Source: Gammaproteobacteria bacterium
GTDB lineage: Bacteria; Pseudomonadota; Gammaproteobacteria; CBDBNL01; JAAOII01
Length of the DNA stretch: 64,000 nucleotides
Direction: 5' to 3'
Assembly (NCBI GenBank): GCA_965209035.1
Contig: OZ242372.1
Span: 352,001-416,000, forward strand
Shown: piece after piece, positions 54,294-63,169 of the stretch
Layout of the letters: the number at the start of each line of letters is the position of its first letter
Numbering within the stretch: the stretch's first letter is position 1
Position numbers and translations under genes: made by a program
Notes under the pieces: model-generated
What the model was told of the DNA's origin: nothing
What the model saw: only the letters and a program-made list of their open reading frames with translations
The model's database searches: none

Positions 54294-54769
54294 AACACTC
54301 CGTTAAAAAACCTTCCGCTGCCAAGTCGGCATCCAATTCAAAAGTAATAAAAAAAAGCGGACTAACCAAATCCAAACTGCTGCGCCAGTCGCAAAGTAAG
54401 TACATGTCCGAAGAACAACTGGAATTCTTTAATGATCTTTTGTCCCGGCAACACAGAGATTCTAATTTGGTGTCGGGAGAATTTAGGGCCCGCCTCAAAA
54501 GCGAGCAAGAAAAATTGCGGGCGGCGGACATCGCGGATGTCGCCTCCGTGCGCGAGGATGTTTCTCTTTTGGAAAGAATGATTAACCGCGAACAAAACCT
54601 CCTCCGAAAAATTGAACTGGCGATGCTCGCGATTGAAAAAAGAGAATACGGCTACTGTTTGGAAACCGGGAAGCCGATTGGATTAAAAAGACTGCTGCTT
54701 AGCCCTACCGCACTCTATTCCGTGGAAGCCAAAGAGCGTTTGGAAAAAGAAAAATCAAACTACGAATAG
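54290..54769 (+). CDS. dksA: RNA polymerase-binding transcription factor DksA
   Basis: YMSEEQLEFF, DxxDxA tip (DIADVA), RE..LL.KI and YGYC..TG.PIG.KRL...PTA. Confidence 0.88.
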   Translation: MKHSVKKPSAAKSASNSKVIKKSGLTKSKLLRQSQSKYMSEEQLEFFNDLLSRQHRDSNLVSGEFRARLKSEQEKLRAADIADVASVREDVSLLERMINREQNLLRKIELAMLAIEKREYGYCLETGKPIGLKRLLLSPTALYSVEAKERLEKEKSNYE

Positions 54770-54775
54770 CCCGAG

Positions 54776-56047
54776 ATGCTTGATCCACAATTTTTGCGTC
54801 AGCATCCCGAACTCGTCGCCAATTCTTGTAAAAAACGCGGCCTGACATTTGATACAAAACACTATGCGCTGTTGGAGCAACGGCGGAAAAATGTTCAAAC
54901 GGAGGTGGAAGAACTAAGGCATCGGCGCACAGTCGGCGCCAAAGAAATTGCCGTTCTGATCAAAAATAATCAAGATGCCGAGCATCTGAAAAAACAAATG
55001 CAGGAGGTGCAGCAACGGATTAAACGGGAAACGGAAAAACTAAACGAAGCTCTCGCCGCCCTGCTGGAATTGCAATTACAACTGCCCAATCTGACGGATG
55101 ATTCCGTCCCCGAAGGAAAAGACGCAACCTCTAACCGAACGGAATTGGTGCACGGCGACATACCGAAGTTTTTATTTAAGCCAAAACAACATTATGAGAT
55201 CTTGCCGAATTGGCAAGACATGGCCATGGCCAGCCGCATGGCCGGCAGCCGTTTTACACTTTTTTCAGGCGAACTGGCGCTGCTGCATCGGGCCCTCATC
55301 CAAATGATGTTGGATATACATATTCGCGAACACAACTACACGGAAGTTTATGTGCCGGTGATCGTCAACAAACAAGCACTGGTCAATAGCGGACAGCTAC
55401 CGAAGTTTGCCGCAGACCTGTTTCACCTGCAAGAAACCGACTATTGCCTGATCCCGACCGGCGAAGTGCCTTTGGTCAATGTCGCCGCCGGCCGTATCTT
55501 TCAACCCGAAGAACTGCCTTTGAAACTCACCGCACACTCCCCCTGCTTTCGCAGCGAAGCCGGCAGTTACGGCAAGGATGTCAAGGGGATGCTGCGCCTG
55601 CACCAGTTTGACAAGGTGGAGTTGGTGCAGATTACCCATCCGGAAAAATCCGAAGAGGCTCTGGAAGAGATGTGCGAACAGGCCCAAAATATCTTGCAAA
55701 GACTGGAACTGCCTTATCGGGTGGTTACTCTGTGCGGCGGCGATATCGGGCATGCGGCCGCAAAAACCTATGATCTGGAAGTTTGGTTGCCCGGACAAAA
55801 CAACTATCGGGAGATTTCTTCTTGCAGCAACTGCCGCGAATATCAGGCAAGGCGGATGCTGGCAAGAGTGAATATCCGGGGCAACAATGTCCCGGTGCAC
55901 ACTTTGAATGCTTCCGGCTTGGCGGTTGGTCGCACACTCATTGCCGTCATGGAAAACTATCAAACTGCGGACGGTTCGGTCAGAATTCCGGACGCGTTGC
56001 GTCCTTACACGGGTAATCTCACCGAAATTCGGTCGGCTCCCGCATAG
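54776..56047 (+). CDS. serS: Serine--tRNA ligase
   Basis: GQLPKF, LIPT.EVP, FRSEAGS.G, HQFDKVE and HTLNASGLA.GR. Confidence 0.97.
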   Translation: MLDPQFLRQHPELVANSCKKRGLTFDTKHYALLEQRRKNVQTEVEELRHRRTVGAKEIAVLIKNNQDAEHLKKQMQEVQQRIKRETEKLNEALAALLELQLQLPNLTDDSVPEGKDATSNRTELVHGDIPKFLFKPKQHYEILPNWQDMAMASRMAGSRFTLFSGELALLHRALIQMMLDIHIREHNYTEVYVPVIVNKQALVNSGQLPKFAADLFHLQETDYCLIPTGEVPLVNVAAGRIFQPEELPLKLTAHSPCFRSEAGSYGKDVKGMLRLHQFDKVELVQITHPEKSEEALEEMCEQAQNILQRLELPYRVVTLCGGDIGHAAAKTYDLEVWLPGQNNYREISSCSNCREYQARRMLARVNIRGNNVPVHTLNASGLAVGRTLIAVMENYQTADGSVRIPDALRPYTGNLTEIRSAPA

Positions 56048-56171
56048 AGCTTATATAAAAGAACTTATATAAGTTTTCTTATATAAGAAGCGATAAGAAG
56101 TATTGTGAATTCAAGTAGATAGCTTGACTTCGAAAAAATTTTTAGATTTTTCAAAATCATTGTACTGACAG

Positions 56172-56415
56172 TGCATAATCTCAAAAAGGCTTTGAACTCT
56201 GAGTTGGGCATTGTGCGTCCTCAGATCAAAGACCAAGTACCGGAGGTTCTGTCGGGCAGGACGAAGAGAGATCCGGCAAGCGGCTCAAGGTATGTGAAGA
56301 TAGATTAATGAAGCGGGCAAAATGGAATGTGAACTGCTCCAATCTTTACGGTGCGAGCTACGGAGGCATGTTGTTGAAAAACTGTCGCGGTGCTTCCGCT
56401 GGCGAGACAGTGTGG
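56172..56415 (+). mobile_element. Diverged copy of the IS481 element's left about 240 bp
   Basis: Colinear with 57890-58128; shared blocks include ctctgagtt, attgtgcgtcctcagatcaa, ccggaggttctgtcgg, gatccggcaa and tccgctggcgagac. Confidence 0.85.
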
Positions 56416-56679
56416 GGGGAATTGTATATCATTCCCTAAAATCATTAAGTTGAAGATCCGATTTTTTGAACGAGTACCTAAAAAATCCGAGGCATCGCCC
56501 GCCCCGTTGACTGTTTGGATATAGGCAGTCTTTTATAAGGTGTGAATTCAAGTAACTAGTGCAACACCTTGAAAGGTTTCCTTGAATTTTGTAGAATTCA
56601 AGGGAATGCACTAATCACTTAAATCTTGGGTGCGTTTAAGAAAGTAGCAGTTAGAGATCCCCGCGGAAGCCGAGATCAT

Positions 56680-57126
56680 TCATAAGATTCTTTTAAGCCA
56701 TTTTATTGCGCGTTTAAGAATGGTAATGTCGTCATCCATCATCCCCATGCTTGAATTACATTGCCGGCAGACCCATCCTCTTATCTCACCGGTCTTATGG
56801 TCGTGATCTATCACGACATCATTTGTATATTGACGAGTGATCGTTTTCCGGCACACCGGACAATAAAATTTTTCGCCAATTGCCGGGCGAGGATGCTGCT
56901 GTTCGTATTCTGTCTTTCTCTTTCTTGATATCGGTTTTTTTATTTTTCGACATTCTATACAATCACCTCGGCGAGATATTCTGCCACTGACAGTTCTTTA
57001 ATTTTTTTGAAATGCAAAAAGAGATTTCCTTTTTTGACAAAGTCGACAGATTTTTGTTTTTCCCAAACAGTCCGCACAGTATTTTTCTGCCGCCTTGTTC
57101 GTTCCGCATTCTATGCATTTGTTCAT
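56680..57126 (-). pseudogene. Hpy99I-like / endonuclease VII HNH restriction endonuclease with an in-frame stop
   Basis: Manual translation: MNKCIECG...KICRLCQK...FQKN*RT...GDCIECRK...FYCPVCRK...IDHDHKTGEIRGWVCRQCNSSMG...WLKRIL; TAA at 56998-57000. Confidence 0.85.
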
Positions 57127-57889
57127 TTGTTCTCGCGAGTTCCGGTTTTACAATACTTCGCAATGTTTTAAAGTGTTTCAAAATGTTTCACAATACGGCG
57201 GAAATCGGGATGGGTATTCTTTTTTGTTCTTCTTTAAATATTTCTCGTAATCGTTTATTGGCAATTGCAGCATACGGTTCATATATTTCACTTCCGACAA
57301 AATTGCGGCCGGTTAACATTGCCATCTTGGCGGTGGTTCCGCTTCCCATAAAGGGGTCGTACACAATCTCACCCGCATTGCTCCAAGACAAGATATGATC
57401 TTTTGCCAACTCTTCCGGAAATATTGCGGGATGACCGTATGCAATAGAATCACTGGCAGAATGACCCTTACCGATGTTATATTGCCACACATTGGTGCGC
57501 CTCCCTGTCTTGTCATATCCCTTTCTAATCACCTGTTTCAATTCCCCGCCAAATAATCTTTTATTACTAACATCGCCATCTCGGCTGTCTTTATTTTCTC
57601 GGTCTCTTATAAGATTAATTGTTTTGGGTTTCCCTTTAGAAAGGACGAACATATACTCAAAACTTTGCCAGTATGTCCGATTGTCCCCGCAAGCACCGCG
57701 CGGCGGCTTAAGGTAAATCATCGTATCAAAGAGATTAAATCCTACCCGCTTAAAATACAAAGCCTGGCGAAAAGAAGTTCCGCTTTCATCCCCCTCTTTT
57801 GTTTGATCATTGACTATCCAAACCAGGACACCGCCCAATTTCAAGACGCGATGCAATTCCTTTGCAATTGATGTGAATTGTGAAAAAGT

Positions 57890-59188
57890 TGCATGATCTC
57901 ATAAAGGTTCTGGACTCTGAGTTTGGTATTGTGCGTCCTCAGATCAAGCGTCCGGAGGTTCTGTCGGACGGGTCGAAAATAGATCCGGCAACGGGTCTTC
58001 GGTATGTGGAGCTAGATGAATGAAACGGGCAAGAAGGACGGATAGCTGTTTTGCTCTCACCGCCGCAGACAGCGGAGGCTTGTTGTTGATAAAACTGTCT
58101 AGGTGTATCCGCTGGCGAGACGGTATGGTTTGTGAGGGCAGCCGGACTGCACATTGGAAATGAGAGGAACACGTTTACGCTACATTGGTTATCGCGTGCG
58201 CGGTTTCAATAAAATGGTGGTTTTAGCAAATCAATATTTAAACATGTCTAAAACCACCAAAATAAAACTGGACACCTTGGCGTTCGCGCGCAAACATGGT
58301 GTCGCGGCCGCGTTGGATCATACCAGGATCAGTCGTGCTACATTCTACGAGTGGCAGCGGCGTTTCCGTGAAGGCGGGGTCGATGAACTGGCGAACAACT
58401 ATGGGTATCAGCCCAAGCGGTCCAACACCTGGCCACCGGCACTGATTACCAAGATCCGGTCTTGGCGACAACAGCGTCCGAACATCGGTGCCGGTAAACT
58501 GGTCTGCTTGTTACCCGAATGGTGTCAGCAGCGCGGGCTGCCGCTGCCCAGCCAATCAACGCTCTCTCGCATCATTGCCGATGACCCGGATAAGATGCGG
58601 TGCAAACCATCGCGGTCCGTGCCGAAACGCCCGCGGCATGGTGCTCCGCGCGAGCGCAAGGACACCCGCTTTGTTGCGGGCCGGAGAGGTGAATGTGTTG
58701 CCTTTGATACGCTCGTCCGCATCGTCGATGGCCGGCGCTTTTATTGGCATGTCGGCATTGACCTATTTTCCCGCTTCTCACTGGTCAGTGTCGACACCTC
58801 CGCTGCTTCGGCCAGTTCCGCCCGGCTCTTTACCGCCATGCAAAACATACTCGGCACTCGGATCGAAAAAGTCCTCACCGATAATGGCAGTGAGTTCGCC
58901 AAAGACTTTCACCGGGTCGTGACCGCAAACGGCAGCACCCACTGGTATACCTATCCAAGGAAACCGCAAATGAATGCACACTGCGAACGGTTTAATCGCA
59001 CTCTCTGGGAAGAGTTCGGTTGTCATATGCGGCATCTCTTGGTTAAGGATATGCCGGCATTCAACGCCAAACTCATCGAGTGGTTGGCTTGGTATAATCT
59101 GGAACGTCCCCATTATGCTCTCAAACAACTCTCGCCAATCCAGTTTTTGCAAAAACAACAAAAGTCCAGAAATGGGTGGGATCATACA
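57890..59188 (+). mobile_element. IS481-family insertion sequence, 1299 bp
   Basis: Imperfect inverted repeats TGCATGATCTC..TTCTGGAC / TGTATGATCCC..TTCTGGAC; 5-bp target-site duplication AAAGT at 57885-57889 and 59189-59193. Confidence 0.92.
58020..58163 (+). CDS. Possible 47-aa ORF in the IS left end, ATGA-coupled to the transposase
   Basis: MKRARR...KLSRCIRWRD...WK; several synonymous differences in the diverged copy at 56.3-56.4 kb. Confidence 0.35.
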   Translation: MKRARRTDSCFALTAADSGGLLLIKLSRCIRWRDGMVCEGSRTAHWK

Positions 59189-59224
59189 AAAGTGTTCCCA
59201 GAATACTTCCTTATGTTATCATAG
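58160..59224 (+). CDS. IS481-family DDE transposase
   Basis: HTH (ISRATFYEW.RRF..GG) and DDE motifs VAFDT / TDNGSEF / ERFNRT; YN.ERPH. Confidence 0.93.
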   Translation: MRGTRLRYIGYRVRGFNKMVVLANQYLNMSKTTKIKLDTLAFARKHGVAAALDHTRISRATFYEWQRRFREGGVDELANNYGYQPKRSNTWPPALITKIRSWRQQRPNIGAGKLVCLLPEWCQQRGLPLPSQSTLSRIIADDPDKMRCKPSRSVPKRPRHGAPRERKDTRFVAGRRGECVAFDTLVRIVDGRRFYWHVGIDLFSRFSLVSVDTSAASASSARLFTAMQNILGTRIEKVLTDNGSEFAKDFHRVVTANGSTHWYTYPRKPQMNAHCERFNRTLWEEFGCHMRHLLVKDMPAFNAKLIEWLAWYNLERPHYALKQLSPIQFLQKQQKSRNGWDHTKVFPEYFLMLS

Positions 59225-59546
59225 GGCGGTGAGGTGATCATCATATCAATGGAACTTGTTTCAAACCGTTGCATTGTCTTAAGGCAATCTTCGTTATAAA
59301 TGTGATTAATTTTCATTGTTTGATCTTCCAATACTTCTACCATACAAACATATTACCTTAATTTTGTAGTTCTAAAATTTTAACGCCAAACGCATTAATA
59401 GGCAGGGAATTATAATCCGCTGAATTGGACAAAATTCAATGGGGCTATTTATAAGGTTTATAAGGCTTACAAGGCGTTGCACTAGTTACTTGAATCCATA
59501 TATCTAATCAATATATCAATATTTAAATACTGTTAGAATCTAAAAA

Positions 59547-59619
59547 CGTCCCCTAGGGGATTCGAACCCCTGTTGCCGCCGTGAAAGGGCGAAGTCCTGG
59601 GCCTCTAGACGAAGGGGAC
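59547..59619 (-). tRNA. tRNA-Glu(TTC)
   Basis: GTCCCCTTCGTCTAGAGGCCCAGGACTTCGCCCTTTCACGGCGGCAACAGGGGTTCGAATCCCCTAGGGGACG; CCA not encoded. Confidence 0.96.
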
Positions 59620-59723
59620 AACATTTATTATTATAGAAAGTCGGCACAGGCATTTGGAGTAAAAAAGCGAATTTAATCGGCAAGAGAATTATTTATCTCG
59701 CCGGGCGGTCATCTTGCCGCAGG

Positions 59724-60746
59724 TTATTTCTTCAACTTATCCGGTGATGTCGGAAAAAGAATGAGAGAAACGCGTTGCCACATTCCAAGTATGCCATCCG
59801 GCGATAAGAATACAACCAAGAGAAAGAAGATACCGATGACAGTATTAAAGCGTTCTCGGTCTATCAGGTCTATGGCAAAATTATCCAATAATACAAAAAG
59901 TAGCGCGCCAAGAAAAGGGCCTATCGGATGTCTCAATCCGCCGATGATTGCAATGACCAAAATATCAATCACCGCGCCGATATGCACCGAGCCGGGAGAA
60001 ATGCGTCCGTTAAACCATACCAATAGTACGCCGGCGGTCGCTGCAATCACCGCGGCGTAAAAGGTTGCCACAATTTTATGTAAGACAACCGGATACCCGA
60101 GGGAATTCATTCGCCGCGGATTATCGCGAACCGCTTGCAGGGCGATGCCAAAGCCGGAGCGCGACACCCATAGAACGCTAAAGTAGAAAAATGCCGCAAC
60201 AAACAATGCGAGATAATAAAACGGCAGCGGATCGCGCAGATAGATTCCCGCTATCTTTGGCGGGCTTACCCCGGCAAACCCCGTAAATCCGTTAAAGACG
60301 GCATAGTTCTGACGCACAAGATAAAAGAAAACCACCGAAATCGCCAGTGTAATCATAATCATATAGATGCCTTCGGTACGCACGGAGATGAAACCGATTA
60401 ATGTGCCGGCAAGAGCACCGCCCGCGATGGCAAGAGGAATAACCAGCCACCAAGGAAGCCCCATACCAAGGTTACTTGTGCCTAATATGGCAACGAGGTA
60501 GCCGGCAACTCCCGCTACGGTGAGCTGTGCCAGATTGACCATGCCACCGTATCCCGCCAAGAACATCAACGCCAGAGCGATCGTGCCAAGAATTAAAGAG
60601 TAAGCGCCAATTTGAAACGCGAAAAAACTTGGCACGACCAGAGGATAAATCATCAGGATCGCACCCACAATCAAAACGACCAAACGATGCCGCTCGCCGA
60701 GTTTAGCCGACAGGGTTTTGATATTTTTGATATTAAAGCCCTTCAA
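59724..60746 (-). CDS. Branched-chain amino acid ABC permease (LivM-like)
   Basis: GYGGMVNL.Q, GIY.IMITLA, S.FG.ALQAVRDN.RM.SLG and IIGG. Confidence 0.88.
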   Translation of the reverse strand: MKGFNIKNIKTLSAKLGERHRLVVLIVGAILMIYPLVVPSFFAFQIGAYSLILGTIALALMFLAGYGGMVNLAQLTVAGVAGYLVAILGTSNLGMGLPWWLVIPLAIAGGALAGTLIGFISVRTEGIYMIMITLAISVVFFYLVRQNYAVFNGFTGFAGVSPPKIAGIYLRDPLPFYYLALFVAAFFYFSVLWVSRSGFGIALQAVRDNPRRMNSLGYPVVLHKIVATFYAAVIAATAGVLLVWFNGRISPGSVHIGAVIDILVIAIIGGLRHPIGPFLGALLFVLLDNFAIDLIDRERFNTVIGIFFLLVVFLSPDGILGMWQRVSLILFPTSPDKLKK

Positions 60747-61759
60747 TTTTTCCCCAGCAGACCGCGCGGGCGAAGGGCAAGCACCCCGACCATAATTAAG
60801 AATGTAATAATCACTCCGTAGGTTGGGAAATACACCAAACCAACTTGTTCGGCAACCCCGATAATCAATGCCCCCAAGGCCGCGCCGGCAATGGAGCCGA
60901 TTCCGCCGACTATGACAACCACAAGAGACGCAAGCAGATAACGAACATCATCGCCGGGAGCAATGGAAAGGGCTGTGCCGCCTATGACGCCAGCGAAACC
61001 GGCAAGGCCCGCGCCGATTGCAAACACTATGATAAAAATTCTTTGAATATTAACACCGGATGCCTCAAGCATATCGCGATCGTCCACTCCCGCACGCACC
61101 ATCAATCCCGTGCGTGTCTTGTGAAGAAACAACCAAAGCAACAATCCTATTACCACCGCCAGCAGAACCACCGCCAAGCGAAAAGTTGGATACTTAAAAA
61201 AAGCGACACTGCCGTCCTTTGCGGTTCCTATGGCAATCGGCAAGGATACCGTCCCGAACGCCCATTCCGGCGGAGTAAATTGATAAGTAGTACCTCCCCA
61301 AGCCGCCAGCATCAGATCGGCAAAAACTATGGAAATGCCGATTGTCACCAAAGTCTGCCGCAGCTCTTGATTAATCATCGGGCGAAAAATAAAGTATTGA
61401 AATGCGGCGCCCACAAGCGCGATGGCGGCAAAACCCACCAATCCGCCGATATACCAGACCCCTGTAATTCTTGCCGCCTCATAGCCCACATAGGCACCCA
61501 GTAAATACAAAGAGCCGTGCGCCAAATTAATATTGCGCATCAATCCAAAGATGAGGGTAAAACCGCCGGCAACCAAAAAATACAACCCCGCCAAGGTCAC
61601 CCCGTTGAGGAGCGTATTAATGAAAGTTCTTTTATTGCCCAAAATGTTCACCAACCAGTCCGGCCAGCCGGCAAAGAGGAGAATACCCGCAAGAATGAAT
61701 ATGGAAATCACCCTGAGAAGCCATTTATGACGAAGTGTCAAATGTAAAAAATGCATCAT
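60743..61759 (-). CDS. Branched-chain amino acid ABC permease (LivH-like)
   Basis: GFTLIFGLM..INLAHG, TRTG..VRA, VIVGG.GS and RP.GLLG. Confidence 0.88.
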   Translation of the reverse strand: MMHFLHLTLRHKWLLRVISIFILAGILLFAGWPDWLVNILGNKRTFINTLLNGVTLAGLYFLVAGGFTLIFGLMRNINLAHGSLYLLGAYVGYEAARITGVWYIGGLVGFAAIALVGAAFQYFIFRPMINQELRQTLVTIGISIVFADLMLAAWGGTTYQFTPPEWAFGTVSLPIAIGTAKDGSVAFFKYPTFRLAVVLLAVVIGLLLWLFLHKTRTGLMVRAGVDDRDMLEASGVNIQRIFIIVFAIGAGLAGFAGVIGGTALSIAPGDDVRYLLASLVVVIVGGIGSIAGAALGALIIGVAEQVGLVYFPTYGVIITFLIMVGVLALRPRGLLGKN

Positions 61760-62106
61760 TAGTGTTGTTGGTGCTTATTTTAGCAAAAAAGTATCGCCAA
61801 ATGCATTTGTTTGTATCACCTCATCCGGTTTTAGGATCTTCGTGTTTGTGTCTGTTTCTGCCCGAGCCGTCGCGAGTTGTTTGTGAGCATCGTGAATACT
61901 TTTAAGATGATCTTTTTGAAATCATCCTTTTGAAATAATATCGCATCGCCCTGCCGGCAATTTCCACCCGCCACTGCCTCCCGCACAACCGCCCGCCGAT
62001 TCTTCCGAAGATCGGAATCCGACACTTGAGATAAATCCGTCTCGCAACTGCGGTGATTTTTCGCGCCGGCATGCCATCGTTCGCGGATCCGCATATAATT
62101 ACGATT

Positions 62107-63012
62107 ATGCCTATCATCTACTGGCTTGCATTGCTGCTCTTTGCCGCCGTATGGGGGGCGAGTTTTCCCTTCATAGAAATTAGCCTCACAGAACTCAGCC
62201 CCTATTCGTCGGTATTTTGGCGATTGGTGCCGGTCGGCATCGTGTTTATGTTCATCGCCCGGCTGCGCGGGCACAAGTTTCCATTAACCCCGCGCTTCTG
62301 GTCCCCCTTTTTATTCTTGGGTTTCTTCTTTAATGTAGCCCCGTTCATCCTCCTCACCGCCGGGCAGCAGTACATCGCATCCGGCATCGCGTCCATCCTT
62401 AATGCCACCATCCCGATCTTCACCGCCCTCTTGGCGCACTTCGCATTCGCGGACGAACGATTAAATCGTCTAAAAGGTCTGGGATTATTCGCCGGCGCAA
62501 GCGGCATCGCCGTCCTGTTTGGCTGGGATGCGCTCAAGCATTTTAGTTTGTCCAATCTCGGACAGATCTATGTCCTGCTCGCTTGTCTCTGCCAGGCATT
62601 TTGCATAGTCTGTAGCAGACGCTTTGTGGTGCAACATCCCCCGCTTGTTTCCGCCGCCGCCACGATGTTGTGCGCGGCATTGTTTGCCCTTCCCATGATC
62701 CTCTTTTTTGAAGGCATGCCGACAATCCATTTTTCACTCAAAGTATGGGGTGCCGTTCTTTATCTCGGCTTCATCGCCACGGGTGTTGCCTATATGTTGT
62801 ATTACTTCCTAATCGGCGGCATAGGCGCGGCACGCACCTCCTTGGTGACCTTCATGGTGGCACCGTTCGCAATCGTCTTTAGTTGGCTGATGTTGGGTGA
62901 AACCTTGCCACCCACAGCCTATCCGGGCATGGCGTTGATCTTTGCCGGACTCGTCTGCATGGACGAGAGAGTGCAACGGCGGCTTGTCAAATCTCGGGAA
63001 ACTCGAAAGTAA
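62107..63012 (+). CDS. EamA/DMT family transporter
   Basis: WGASFPFI, SGIASILNATIP, YLG.IATGVAY and LGE. Confidence 0.88.
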   Translation: MPIIYWLALLLFAAVWGASFPFIEISLTELSPYSSVFWRLVPVGIVFMFIARLRGHKFPLTPRFWSPFLFLGFFFNVAPFILLTAGQQYIASGIASILNATIPIFTALLAHFAFADERLNRLKGLGLFAGASGIAVLFGWDALKHFSLSNLGQIYVLLACLCQAFCIVCSRRFVVQHPPLVSAAATMLCAALFALPMILFFEGMPTIHFSLKVWGAVLYLGFIATGVAYMLYYFLIGGIGAARTSLVTFMVAPFAIVFSWLMLGETLPPTAYPGMALIFAGLVCMDERVQRRLVKSRETRK

Positions 63013-63169
63013 CCGTCAATGTTCGCTATCTGCCAAATAGCCTCCAAGTAGTCTCCAAATACCATCTAATAAGTAGTTGCCAAATAGTCGTCAAGCATAT
63101 CGGCACAAATAAAAGATTACAAAATGCCTAACTGCAAGTAGCCAGGGAGGGGGAGGGAAAAGACTTGTC

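Larger units (their letters stand above)
57188..59316 (-). pseudogene. N4/N6 DNA methyltransferase (beta class) interrupted by the IS481 element
   Basis: The 5' part (59316-59189) reads MKINHIYNEDCL...MITSPPYDN; the 3' part has HPAIFP and DPFMGSGTT. Removing the IS and one target-site copy restores the frame (…GNTFSQF…). Confidence 0.92.

Noticed and set aside
56998-57000. Stop-codon recoding (TAA read as Gln)
   Set aside because: TAA terminates many intact genes in the window, so a nonsense mutation is simpler.
56963-57181. 72-aa ORF from the track
   Set aside because: Wrong frame; the Cys-rich HNH frame 57126-56680 explains the region.
57931-57945. Group II intron 5' end (GTGCG)
   Set aside because: It lies inside an element bounded by inverted repeats and a target-site duplication that encodes a DDE transposase; no reverse transcriptase or domain V is seen.
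56050-59547. Integrative element or prophage at tRNA-Glu
   Set aside because: No integrase and no duplicated tRNA 3' end (att site) were found; it is only a small accessory islet.
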